This document shows, one piece after another, positions 1 to 19,385 of a stretch of 64,000 bases of DNA; within the stretch, counting starts at the first letter, position 1, and each line of letters starts with the position of its first letter. Below the pieces are notes generated by a model. The model saw nothing but the letters and a program-made list of their open reading frames with translations, had not been told where the DNA came from and did no database searches. The translations under genes and the position numbers were made by a program. Source of the DNA: Macrostomum lignano (Eukaryota); NCBI GenBank assembly GCA_002269645.1, contig NIVC01000100.1, positions 62,001-126,000 on the forward strand, written 5' to 3'.

Positions 1-40
1 GGGTATTAAAAAAGAATATAATTCAACGAACCCGACTCAG

Positions 41-988
41 GTAAAGCGACGGGAGCGGAAGCAGAGCGAGGAGGCCAGCCTGGAGAGCAACCTGGCTAAG
101 GAGGAGGCCAAGAGCGGCACTGCCGGCAGTCGAACCGGGAAACGCTTAGCGACTCTGGCTTATCTGCGCCGGGATTTGGAATCCACAAAATCTCAGCTGG
201 CTCAGCTTAATGAGGCATTGCTTACCGATCTGCAAGCTTTGCAGGTAAACGCGTCTGACTCATCCTTACTCACCCCTGGTTCGAATCCGTGCGCGGCAAT
301 AATTAAGGCTTGTGCACAGAGATACAAGTGTCAGATGTGATTGTCAGACAAGTGTCAGATATGATTGTCAGACAAGTGTCAGATGTGATTGTCAGACAAG
401 TGTCAGACAAGAGAAACTAGTGTAGTGTCAAAGATGATTGTCAGACAAGTGTCAAGAGAAACTAGTGTCAAAGATGATTGTCAGACAAGTGTCAGATGTG
501 ATTGTCAGACAAGTGTCAGACAAGAGAAACTAGTGTCAAAGATGATTGTCAGACAAGTGTCAAGAGAAACTAGTGTCAGATGTGATTGTCAGACAAGTGT
601 CAAGAGAAACTAGTGTCAGAGATGATTGTCAGACAAGTGTCAAGAGAAACAAGTGCCAGAGATGATTGTCAGACAAGTGTCAAGAGAAACTAGTGTCAGA
701 GATGATTGTCAGACACGTGTCAAGAGAAACTAGTGCCAGAGATTGCCAAATGCAATCCACCCGCAGGCCGCTCGTCCCGACTACGCGAGGCCCTGCGTCA
801 GAGCCCTGGCCCAGGCGGAGGCTCAGCACTTCGACCAGCTGGCTCAGCTGTGCGCTCGCGTCAGCGACTGTTTCGCTGCCGAAGAAGATTTTATTTGTTT
901 AACCGCCGACTCTTACGCTGAGATGACCAAGGATCGATTGAAACAGATTCGGGCGCTAAGTATTGTGGCCGATACAACCGATTCTTAG
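41..988 (+). CDS. BIN3: Bridging integrator 3 (BAR domain), last two coding exons; gene begins upstream of the window
   Basis: Exons 41-244 (ag|GTA...CAG|gtaaac) and 767-988 (cgcag|GCC...TAG) join in phase 0: VKRRERKQ...LLTDLQALQAARPDYARPCVRALAQAEAQHF...KQIRALSIVADTTDS*. This matches the BIN3 BAR C-terminus as recalled (VKRRE...SRLDYFQPSFESLIRAQ...LRALSIVADD). Confidence 0.8.
325..745. repeat. Intronic minisatellite (GATGATTGTCAGACAAGTGTCAAGAGAAACTAGTGTCA-type, mixed unit lengths)
   Basis: Visible tandem units filling most of the BIN3 intron 245-766. Confidence 0.9.
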
Positions 989-1134
989 GCCTTTGTTTAG
1001 CCTTTTTCAATCAGAAAAAACGACTCCTTTGTCTTGAGTGAGATTTTCTTTCATTATTGAAAGGCAGTGATTTGTCTGTAATTTGTCACTGAGTCTTTGA
1101 TACTTAATGTCCCGAGTAATTAAATCTGAGTTGT

Positions 1135-1400
1135 TTGTACTTTAATCCCAGAGTTGTAGATGCTTTAATCCCAGAGCAGTTTGTACTTTAATCCCAGAGC
1201 AGTTTGTACTTTAATCCCAGAGTTGTAGATGCTTTAATCCCAAAGCAGTTTGTACTTTAATCCTAGAGTTGTAGATGCTTTAATCCCAGAGCAGTTTGTA
1301 CTTTAATCCCAGAGTTGTGGATAATTTAATCCCAGAGTTGTGGATAATTTAATCCCAGAGTTGTGGATAATTTAATCCCAGAGTTGTGGATAATTTAATC
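1135..1400. repeat. 23-bp minisatellite TTTAATCCCAGAGTTGTGGATAA and variants
   Basis: About 11 tandem units downstream of the BIN3 stop. Confidence 0.85.
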
Positions 1401-2770
1401 CGCGGTATTTAGTTGTTTGTACTTTAATACCATTGTTGGCACCTGGGATTAAATTATCGATATGTTAGAGTTGTGGATGCCTAAATGCTTTAATGAACTA
1501 TTAGGCGATTTTAAAAATTGATTGATTGAACATCATTATACTCGTGCGTTTGTATCTCAAAATAAATATATTTAAAATTTTATTCAATATGAATGAGACT
1601 ATGGTATGAATAAGCAGTTGTACAGTTTTTTATTTAAGTTAACGAATTTTTGTAATTTTTGACAAAATTTCAGTTTTTGCTACTACGAGTAAATTTGTTT
1701 CACTATTGCTAACAACGTGATCTACATGTATGTATTTTTTTTGTTATATTCCGTCAGTATCTATCTACCCAGATAACACATGTGTCTTTATACTCCAAGT
1801 AAACAGATTTTATACAATATATTAGTTTGATTTTATTTGCTAGTTTTAAAGAATAATATAAAAAACTTTCTATTGTTGATTTTGCTCAAAGTTGACTAAA
1901 ACAAAGCCGAAAAGTTAAAACGGTTTTAATTTAAAAAAAATATTCGATATCTTCGTTCGTTAACGATCGAAAGTTTAAGTTAATGGTGGATTTTGCAAGC
2001 ACGATTGACTTAAGTGTCTGAAATGTTTTTCGTATTTAGAGAAGACGATACATATAAAACATGTTACATAACATTATATTACGTAATGTCGTGAATGTTG
2101 AGGGTGTTATACATAGATTTTAAGAATTATAATAGTTTGTACTTCTCACTTATATGAAGCGTAAAAGGGAATTAAATCAGTAAAAAATATTTGGGCCAAA
2201 AATTCATACAAATATGAGTTGTCAGCCAATATCCACAAGTATGCATATTAGTACATGCGAAACTACAGTTAAATCTGCTGAGTAGTTTATATACTACTAA
2301 AAAGCTAGAGTCGGATAAAGCAAATAAATAAAGCTTCCATGCTATGCATGTTAAAACAAAATAAAAAAATCGATTGTGCCCTGATCGCACAAATAAAAAA
2401 TCATTTAACGTTTGTCATAAACTAGCTACTATACTAGTACTTTTTCTAATTTGGGAGGAAAATGAGTGATTTGAGGTCGTCGATAGAAAATTGCAACTCG
2501 TATTAATCCTACCACGCACAGCAGTGATAACGGCTTGCGCTGCAGGGGGTAGGAAAATGTGGGGTTTAGCAGCGATAAAATGGGGCTTGCGCTGCAGGGG
2601 GTATGAAATTGGGGGTGGTTTTGATGTTGATAGAAAATCACTTGGTCGATAAAAGCCTTATACAAAGAAATAGTTTGTTATAATAAAATAGACTATAAAA
2701 TTGTCCGGTGCGGCTCCTGTAGTCTTGTGTACACTGCTCCACTTTGATATTGATTATCAAAATAAAAGAC

Positions 2771-5700
2771 CTATTCATCCTTGTTTCTGCCGCGCTGTTT
2801 CCGTCGCGCCGCCCGCCGCGTCACGGCGTCCAAACCGGCGCCGAACCTTTTTGCGGCCAAGCCGGCAAAAGCGGCATTCAAGCCGGAGAAAGCTGCCAAC
2901 GCTAGCCAAGATGTGGCCAACCAGAATATCGATGTCGCCACAAAGACTAGCCAAGCTATTAAAAAAATAATTAGCCAAATTCGACAGGCAAAAGTAGGCG
3001 AGCAAGCCTCGGTTGGCTCTAGGCTTTGATCTCCGCTAGCCAGATCCGAAGATTGATAAATGTTATTACAAAGACTTAAGTCTTTGTCGCGCCACAATTT
3101 TCGTAACCAATCGGCTGCTCGTCCGGCGTCCATCGGCACCGAGCTAGCCGGATGTCGGCGAACTCGCCACGCGATGCCGGCTGGAAGTTGACCGCGCAGA
3201 AATTTCAGCTCGCTACTCGGCGGCGGAGACGAATTGGTATCGATGAAGTCTTGCGTCAGATCGTACACGGCGTCTAGGCGGTCTGCGATGCCAGGTTAAG
3301 CAGGTTTGACTGCGGTTAGTACAAGCCTATAGGTTAAATATGTGGTAGTTTCAGAGTACATGTACAAGGTACCCTCACAGCTGATTCGGCGCCACTTTCA
3401 CAGAAGAGTTGGCGCCAACTTCACAACAGAGTTGGCGCCACCTTCAACAGCATATTTGGCGCCACCTCTAACAGAAGATTTGGCGCCACCCCCAACAGCA
3501 GATTTGGCGCACACTTAACAGCAGATTTGGCGCCACCCCTAACAGAAGATTTGGCGCCACTTTCACAGCTGATTCGGCGCCACCCTCAGCAGCAGATTCG
3601 GCGCCATCCTCACAACAGATATGGAAGCAGCTGTTGAGATACCATCTTAATCCCAATCCCTCACTGTCAGTTATTTATACTAAGTCAAAGCTATACACAT
3701 ATACATGTACCTCCTAGTTGCTGTCGCAGATGCACGAAGCCAAGGGTTCGCGGCTGAAGTACCCGCTTTAAAGGCGCCAGGCCCTCTTTCTCGGCGTAAG
3801 CGTCGCTTTGAGCTTTCGTCTGTGGCGTAAAATTCGTGCCCTCTGGGAAGATTAGAATCTGTAAATTTGGCGAAGAAACAACTTTTCTGCATTCTCTACT
3901 CTTGTTTTTCACTTTCGTTCTTCTCTTAAACTACTTCAGCGCTGACTTATTCATTTAACTTCTACTGCTGTCTTGTCTACTCTACTACTGTCTTGTCTAC
4001 TCTACTACTGTCTTGTCTACTCTACTACTGTCTTGTCTACTCTACTACTGTCTTGTCTACTCTACTACTGTCTTGTCTACTCTACTACTGTCTTGTCTAC
4101 TCTACTACTGTCTTGTCTACTCTACTACTGTCTTGTCTACTCTACTACTGTCTTGTCTACTCTACTACTGTCTTGTCTACTCTACTACTGTCTTGTCTAC
4201 TCTACTACTGTCTTGTCTACTCTACTACTGTCTTGTCTACTCTACTACTGTCTTGTCTACTCTACTACTGTCTTGTCTACTCTACTACTGTCTTGTCTAC
4301 TCTACTACTGTCTTGTCTACTCTACTACTGTCTTGTCTACTCTACTACTGTCTTGTCTACTCTACTACTGTCTTGTCTACTCTACTACTGTCTTGTCTAC
4401 TCTACTACTGTCTTGTCTACTCTACTACTGTCTTGTCTACTCTACTACTGTCTTGTCTACTCTACTACTGTATTGTCTACTCTACTACTGTCTTGTCTAC
4501 TCTACTACTGTCTTGTCTACTCTACTACTGTCTTGTCTACTCTACTACTGTCTTGTCTACTCTACTACTGTCTTGTCTACTCTACTACTGTCTTGTCTAC
4601 TCTACTACTGTCTTGTCTACTCTACTACTGTCTTGTCTACTCTACTACTGTCTTGTCTACTCTACTACTGTCTTGTCTACTCTACTACTGTCTTGTCTAC
4701 TCTACTACTGTCTTGCCTACTCTACCGCTGTCTTGTCTACTCTACTACTGTCTTGCCTACTCTACTACTGTCTTGTCTACTCTACTACTGTCTTGTCTAC
4801 TCTACTACTGTCTTGTCTACTCTACTACTGTCTTGTCTACTCTACTACTGTCTTGCCTACTCTACTACTGTCTTGTCTACTCTACCGCTGTCTTGTCTAC
4901 TCTACTACTGGCTTGTCTACTCTACTACTGTCTTGTCTACTCTACTACTGTCTTGTCTACTCTACTACTGTCTTGTCTACTCTACTACTGTCTTGTCTAC
5001 TCTACCGCTGTCTTGTCTACTCTAGTACTGTCTTGTCTACTCTACCGCTGTCTTGTCTACTCTACTACTGTCTTGTCTACTCTACTACTGTCTTGTCTAC
5101 TCTACCGCTGTCCTGCCTACTCTGCTATTGCAATGTCTGCTCCACCGCTGTCTTTTCTATCTTGCCACTAATTTGTCCACTCTGCTACTGTCGTATCTAC
5201 TCTACCTACTCTACCCTTGTGTACTTTTAACGTAACAGTTTAAGGTATATACTTTACCAGTCTAACAGATGTAATCTACCCACGTCAATCTCATTTACCC
5301 CTGACCAGCTCTTGGACGAATTTATCTCATCCAAAACTGACATAATTTAATTATCAAATGTGCCACAATTTCACCTACCGAATTCAACGCACCTGAGTTT
5401 TACAGCCAACGATATTAAAATAATCAACGCATTCCGTAATGTAAGGCTGGTCATGGTCCCAGGCCCGATGCAGAAACATGTAGTGCGCTGCCTGCATGGC
5501 CCAGCCAGGGCCTGGCAAATTCTTCAACTCGTGTTTCATTATAATCTTCAACGTAGATAGGCAGCCAAATCGCATTAACAAATACCAGATGTACATCCAG
5601 TCCAATCGACTTGGATGATTCATAATTATGATTGCACAATCGCGTTTATCGATTGAATCGCCATAGTGACGAAACTTTAAGCCAAGGAAGAGTTCCATTA

Positions 5701-6294
5701 AAGCCTATGATGTTAATAAGAAATTATGTCTGATTGTTTGAGTTTGTTTGACTTCTAATTATTTTAAGCCATGGAAGAACAAGAGTCTTGGGGGAAAAGT
5801 TTCAAGTCACCGGATAAAACCTTTAGCACCTCAGATGAGATTTTAGTGCTTTTCTGGGGTCTTTGACTGTCTTGACTTGACCGCCTCCTAGATGGGTCCC
5901 CCATTGTATTTCTTCGTTTTGATAGCCAAAACAACTTATTTTTGTCTTCAGGGGGCACCACCTACCTAAAGTTAATGATATCAGATAACTTTCAAATTTG
6001 TCCTAGATAACAATAGCCACAGCCTCCCAAAAGCATTTATTTCTTTTTAATAAAACTTGAAACTTAGTAAAAAATTGGTCTTTTTGTTAACTGAGACAAA
6101 AAGTAAATTAAGCTAAAAAAGCAACTTACAGAGGCAAAGGTCAGCCATGCAGCAATCAGTGAGTCCATTGCAAAGCGAAATAGTTTAGGTGAGATGGCCA
6201 ACAGCCATAGCAGAGGGCCCATTAGAAAAATGCACCCAAAATAGCTGCTCAGAAACAATAAAAGAAAGAATATAGCAGGAGCGATATTAAACAT
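2771..6294 (-). CDS. LCLAT1: Lysocardiolipin acyltransferase 1 (AGPAT family), 4 coding exons, ~378 aa
   Basis: Exons 6294-6130, 5704-5393, 3858-3711 and 3282-2771, all GT-AG with consistent phases (0,0,1). Motifs NHPSRLD (NHX4D), GWAMQAAHYMFLHR, LIFPEGT, RLDAVYDLT and C-terminal TM helices. Confidence 0.9.
3378..3612. repeat. ~24-bp degenerate minisatellite with ATTTGGCGCCAC core
   Basis: About 10 units in LCLAT1 intron 3283-3710. Confidence 0.8.
3961..5130. repeat. 20-bp tandem array TCTACTACTGTCTTGTCTAC
   Basis: Nearly perfect units (identical 60-nt lines) in LCLAT1 intron 3859-5392; source of three spurious long ORFs. Confidence 0.97.
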
Positions 6295-8680
6295 TTTTTC
6301 TGTTTCTGAAATAAAAATTGGACGAGAGCACTTTAATGATGAAAGTATAAATTGAAAAGCTAGTCATGAAATTCCTTCTCTTGGTTTTATGCTTCAATAA
6401 TTAACTTGAGTTCTTTTTTTAACAATGGCATAATTGACAAAGATATAGCATATGTCTATAACAAGGCAGTTTAGGCCTATGATAAATCCAATATGATACA
6501 TTTTTAGCAGTAAAGATAAAAGGTCTAAAATGAGATTATACAATATACTAAACCTAAGTTTAAGCTTATCTAAATTATAAGCTTCACTATTGAATGTAAA
6601 TAGAGCAAGTTAAAAAATTGTTCATCAGAAACTTAATTCAAACCAATGATTTTTCTATCAGTTGTAACAAGTCAGTCAAAATAGTAGTAGTATCCAAAAA
6701 ACTCACACTGTGTTTCAAATTGTTGTACTTGTTAATCTAAAAAAATAATGCACAAAGAGACACAGACACACATGTGTCACACTGTCACTGAATTATAAAG
6801 AACTAACCCTAACCTCATATAATAAAAATTACTCAAACTTACCCTTGTAACAACACTTACTCTGATATAAGTAAATATGATCAAGCGAAAAAATTTAACT
6901 CTAAGAGTCTGAACTCATTCATTAACTCTTACTCAATATTCAATAATTACTCTTCATGCAATAAATATTATGTTCATATACTAGGCCTATATCATCATAT
7001 CTTATGGTTATAATGACACATTCCACATAGAGCCAGTCATGTTTACGAATAAATAGCTTTGGTCCCATGAATAAGTGAGACACCAAATACAATCTGGCAA
7101 TGGCAATTGCGAAAATGTTTCAAGTTATATTATATATGCTAATATAATGATATTATTATATTCTTACAAGTTACAACAATTTCACATAAAAAACTTCGAC
7201 AAAAATTAATGCTAATTATTTCTTAAATCTCAATTGCACCAATCCACATTCGATTGAGTTAATGCCAACCAGAATAGGTAGTCTAAAGCATGTGTGTTTT
7301 ATTGTTCATGTATAAACTAAAATGTCAGAGATTTGGAAAGTTAAAAACAACAGTGCGCGATAACTATATTCGCAAATTTAATCAAAACGGCTACAACAAA
7401 AACCGTCTTTTGCAAACAAGCTGCTGGTTTGGAAAAAATAAAATGCTAAAATAATCACAATTTAAATGTATTTGATGCTTGGTATTAAAGCATAAAAAGT
7501 GATAATTTTGCGCGCTATTTTGCATTATTAGAATGTACAGTAGATCGTGCAAAACAGTCTTGTTAACTTAGCTTGATATACATAATTATATATATTAGCA
7601 GTAGAAGCATTATATCTATAAATAATACAGAAATAAAAATAATATAGATACATAATTTTATTAAAAGTTTGTATCGATCAGTTTTTCATCCTTGAAAACA
7701 TGGTTTATGCTGACCTTTATATCAATTAAATCATTTGTTAAAAGTGTATTTTATTGAAATGAGCAGCGAGATTAATTCAGCACTTCAGGTGTCAAGTTTT
7801 TTGCCAAAAATTTTTTGAAGGTATTTTTAGCTTAGTCATATTACTTTTAACTGCTTTAAATACAGAATATTTACAGCTTTATTTATATTTATAGCAATGC
7901 TTGAAAGTAATAGTGTTCTGTATTTCAAAGTAATATTTAACTATAAAAAAGTATAGCTATACTAGTAAGAGTATTTAGTGTTTAGTTGGGCTTCTGGTCG
8001 AAAAAACTAATTCCAGTATTTGATATCATACCTTTTAGATCATCTGTTTTTCACATATAAACATTAATAGTCTACAGTTAAGGGTACTCGACTTAGAAAA
8101 GTACATCCTTTGAACTTGAAGAACAAAAATCAGTTAAAACATTTTCAAACTTTTAAATATAAAAAATACTTAGAATAAAGAATTTTTTATTGTCATCAAA
8201 GTCAAACTTGGTATGGTAAAAAATAGTTACCAGTATTTAAGGACAATTAATTCATGTTTAAATATGAATTTAAACTTAACTTACATATTTATTAAATACA
8301 CATATTTTTAGTATTTTATCAGTAAGGAAAAATTGTTAAAGTACTTTTGCCTATACATAGTATTTTAACCAGTGTTTAATGATTATGAGTACTAATAATT
8401 CTACCACATTTTCATTTCATCAAGTTTCATTTGATTGCCTAAAGTATCATTTGATTTGATTTTATTCCTTTGATCATGATTGTATTCGATTAGATTATCA
8501 TTTGATTTTATATTGCTGTATCTGTGCATCTCATGAAATGTTTAAACAGCTAATACCCTTCATACCTTTCTTCAAGACCTGCATGCGCTGTTGATAAATC
8601 AAGTCTCTATTTCTTTAAATCACACTTGCACACAGCGCACTTAGCATTCAGTATGTTCATCCTCGCATCTGTTCTACCCT

Positions 8681-9805
<1,125 letters not shown>

Positions 9806-10189
9806 GTGGCGAATTTTGTTTAGAGAAAAAACTCTCGATGCGATTAATAGTAGCGATATCTGAGTATTTTTGGCATTTTTTTATTTTTGTAACATTCTGT
9901 ATGACATGATTTCATTTTTCTATTTCCTTTCGCTTGTTCCAACTACAAACGAACTCAGGACGAAATATATCGGTTTAGTTTGAACTTGCTCATCCACTGA
10001 GTACCCATTTTTCATATTGTACGCTAGTAACATTGAATTGGATAGTGGGCTTTCTTGTTTGTTTGTTTGTTTGGGTATTACAATTTCAAACCCATATAGC
10101 TTTTAAAACATTTTGTCTACCAAATTTTGCAGTTCATTTTTATGATACGCGCTCGAACAAGCTCGGGATTAGAGCTGATTAGAGCAGCC

Positions 10190-10805
10190 GTCCCGTCTTA
10201 TCGTATCTGTGTTCATCAAAGGATCCGCCCCATCTTATCTGTGTTCATCAAAGGATCCGCCCCATCTTATCTGTGTTCATCAAAGGATCCGCCCCATCTT
10301 ATCTGTGTTCATCAAAGGAGCCCACACCCATCTTATCTGTGTTCATCAAAGGAGCCCACACCCATCTTATCTGTATTCATCAAAGGAGGCCACACCCATC
10401 TTATCTGTGTTCATCAAAGGAGCCCACACCCATCTTATCTGTGTTCATCAAAGGAGGCCACACCCATCTTATCTGTGTTCATCAAAGGAGGCCACACCCA
10501 TCTTATCTGTGTTCATCAAAGGAGCCCACACCCATCTTATCTGTATTCATCAAAGGAGGCCACGCCCATCTTATCTGTGTTCATCAAAGGAGCCCACACC
10601 CATCTTATCTGTGTTCATCAAAGGAGGCCACACCCATCTTATCTGTGTTCATCAAAGGAGCCCACACCCATCTTATCTGTGTTCATCAAAGGAGCCCACA
10701 CCCATCTTATCTGTGTTCATCAAAGGAGGCCACACCCATCTTATCTGTGTTCATCAAAGGAGCCGCCCCATCTTATCTGTGTTCATCAAAGGAGCCGCCC
10801 CATCT
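10190..10805. repeat. 32/34-bp minisatellite CCCATCTTATCTGTGTTCATCAAAGGAGCCCACA
   Basis: About 18 tandem units. Confidence 0.95.
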
Positions 10806-11148
10806 TTATTCCGCCCATGCAGACCCAATCAACTCATCAAAGTTGCCGCCGAAACCGACATCAAATGAAATGAAATAAAAATAAAAAATCAATCGAAGCA
10901 TCACACAAATTTTCACTTAAAAATCGTTGTCTTACATGTCCGTGATGGCAAAATATTGATTAACCTTCAATTCAAAGTTACTACTTCAACCTATTTATTC
11001 GTCGTTAAATAGACATATCAGCGCGAGGCAAATATCAATTTTTGGAAACAAAGTCTTTGGGGGCGGAATCAAATTGAGAAGCAGTTCTATTTTTGCAATG
11101 TCTGTTCTCGGGCCTTTATGTTGCCACCTAAACACCCAAGACTGCATG

Positions 11149-11220
11149 TCCCTGATGGTCTAGCGGTTAGGATCCCTGGTTTTCACCCAGGTGGCCCGGG
11201 TTCGACTCCCGGTCAGGGAA
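11149..11220 (+). tRNA. trnE-UUC: tRNA-Glu (anticodon TTC)
   Basis: TCCCTGATGGTCTAGCGGTTAGGATCCCTGGTTTTCACCCAGGTGGCCCGGGTTCGACTCCCGGTCAGGGAA: 72 nt, acceptor stem TCCCTGA/TCAGGGA, anticodon stem CCTGG/CCAGG with loop TTTTCAC, GGTTCGA T-loop. Confidence 0.96.
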
Positions 11221-11225
11221 GTTAA

Positions 11226-11233
11226 TTTTTTTT
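11226..11233 (+). terminator. Pol III terminator (T8) of tRNA-Glu
   Basis: Run of 8 T starting 6 nt after the tRNA 3' end. Confidence 0.8.
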
Positions 11234-11719
11234 CGTCGATAAAAAAAATATTACTTATATAACTGCCACAGAATCAGGTGTAAAATAAATACATAATACA
11301 TGTACTGCTTATATGCACTTTCTTTGACAAAGTTTATTTCGATAGTCAAGGCTAATAAAATTACATACAGTGATAGTGATACAGTATGACATTAAATTAA
11401 AGTACATTCATATGCGAAGTTGAACAAATTAATATTACTGATCAATAAGCATTAGCCCTTATTTATACTGAACTTCAGAATTGAAACAGTCAATATTTTG
11501 CACGACGCCTGCGTCGCGATGCTATTAGTAATTAAAATAAAATTCTCTAATTTAAGTAGCAAAAGTAGCATAGCTAGAATACTACGGTAGTTTTTTTCGA
11601 AACGTAACAAAATTCACATCAATGGCCGTTTAAAGTGAATAAAATGAAATGAAAAACGAAGTAAAATTTAAAAGACTTCAATCCGAAAAAAAGCTATTTG
11701 TACCTGTTCTACAACAGAT

Positions 11720-12010
11720 GAGAGATCCCAGTCCATGAACAGGTGGTAGATCCCCAGTCCATGAACAGGTGGTATAGATCCCCAGTCCATGAACAGGTGG
11801 TATAGATCCCCAGTCCATGAACAGGTGGTATAGATCCCCAGTCCATGAACAGGTGGTATAGATCCCCAGTCCATGAACAGGTGGTATAGATCCCCAGTCC
11901 ATGAACAGGTGGTATAGATCCCCAGTCCATGAACAGGTGGTATAGATCCCCAGTCCATGAACAGGTGGTATAGATCCCCAGTCCATGAACAGGTGAGATC
12001 CCAGTCCATA
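11720..12010. repeat. 28-bp minisatellite GATCCCCAGTCCATGAACAGGTGGTATA
   Basis: About 10 tandem units. Confidence 0.92.
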
Positions 12011-12221
12011 TACAGGTCAGAGATCCCTGCACTACAAGTGACACTCTCAAAAATCCATGTTATACAGATCCTACACGTGACTCTTTGATAATTACAGTAT
12101 GATAACAAATGGTGTCATTCTCCATCTCAACATTCTGTCTTGAGCTGCTATAAATTTAATTACTTGTACCAATCAACAGGTAAGTACGCAACAATTTAAA
12201 TACCCTAAAACCAGTTAGCAG

Positions 12222-18952
<6,731 letters not shown>

Positions 18953-19385
18953 TATGAAGAAACGCTGGTATCGAAGCAGAAGCAAAAATATGCAAGTATT
19001 AATGGAAACGTCCTAAATAGTCGTAAAATTGTTGTGGAATTCCAAAACTTAAGTTGCGCTGTTTGCTTAGATACTTAGTATAACAAAATTATTAAGACTT
19101 CTTAGTTAACGTTTCTTAAATTGCTTGTCAAATCTCTAGGTATATAAGTAGTTTTTAACTATAGTTATTTCTATTGTAATATGAAAAAAAATTTCTACAA
19201 ATATTGAGTATTTGCTCTTTTTAACTTCCAAGATTTTTAGGCAATTTATCTGATAACGGGCTTCATGTTGCAGAAATAGTGACATTCCTGAATATTAAAT
19301 AAATATTAAATTTACACAGACGCTCAGATATTAATATATTTGTAGATTCTCGACCTTGTTGGAGGACACCAGATAAAAGCAGAAC
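18953..19385. promoter_or_regulatory. Putative bidirectional promoter between Tectonic and NPHP1, with a weak RFX X-box candidate (19061-19074, GTTTGCTTAGATAC)
   Basis: The divergent ATGs at 18952 and 19386 are only 433 bp apart. The motif resembles the RFX X-box (good right half, imperfect left half). Confidence 0.45.

Noticed and set aside
3973-5230. Three overlapping 350-405-aa ORFs (STLLLSCLLYYCLVY repeats)
   Set aside because: Produced by a stop-free 20-bp repeat inside an LCLAT1 intron; open in all three frames with no ATG start.
5764-5961. 65-aa ORF inside LCLAT1 intron 1
   Set aside because: LCLAT1 exons 1 and 2 already join seamlessly against the family alignment; no recognisable motif.
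10127-12108. ORFs over the 34-bp and 28-bp arrays, and a CRISPR-like appearance
   Set aside because: Units are contiguous with no unique spacers, there are no cas genes and the context is eukaryotic; the ORFs are repeat artefacts.
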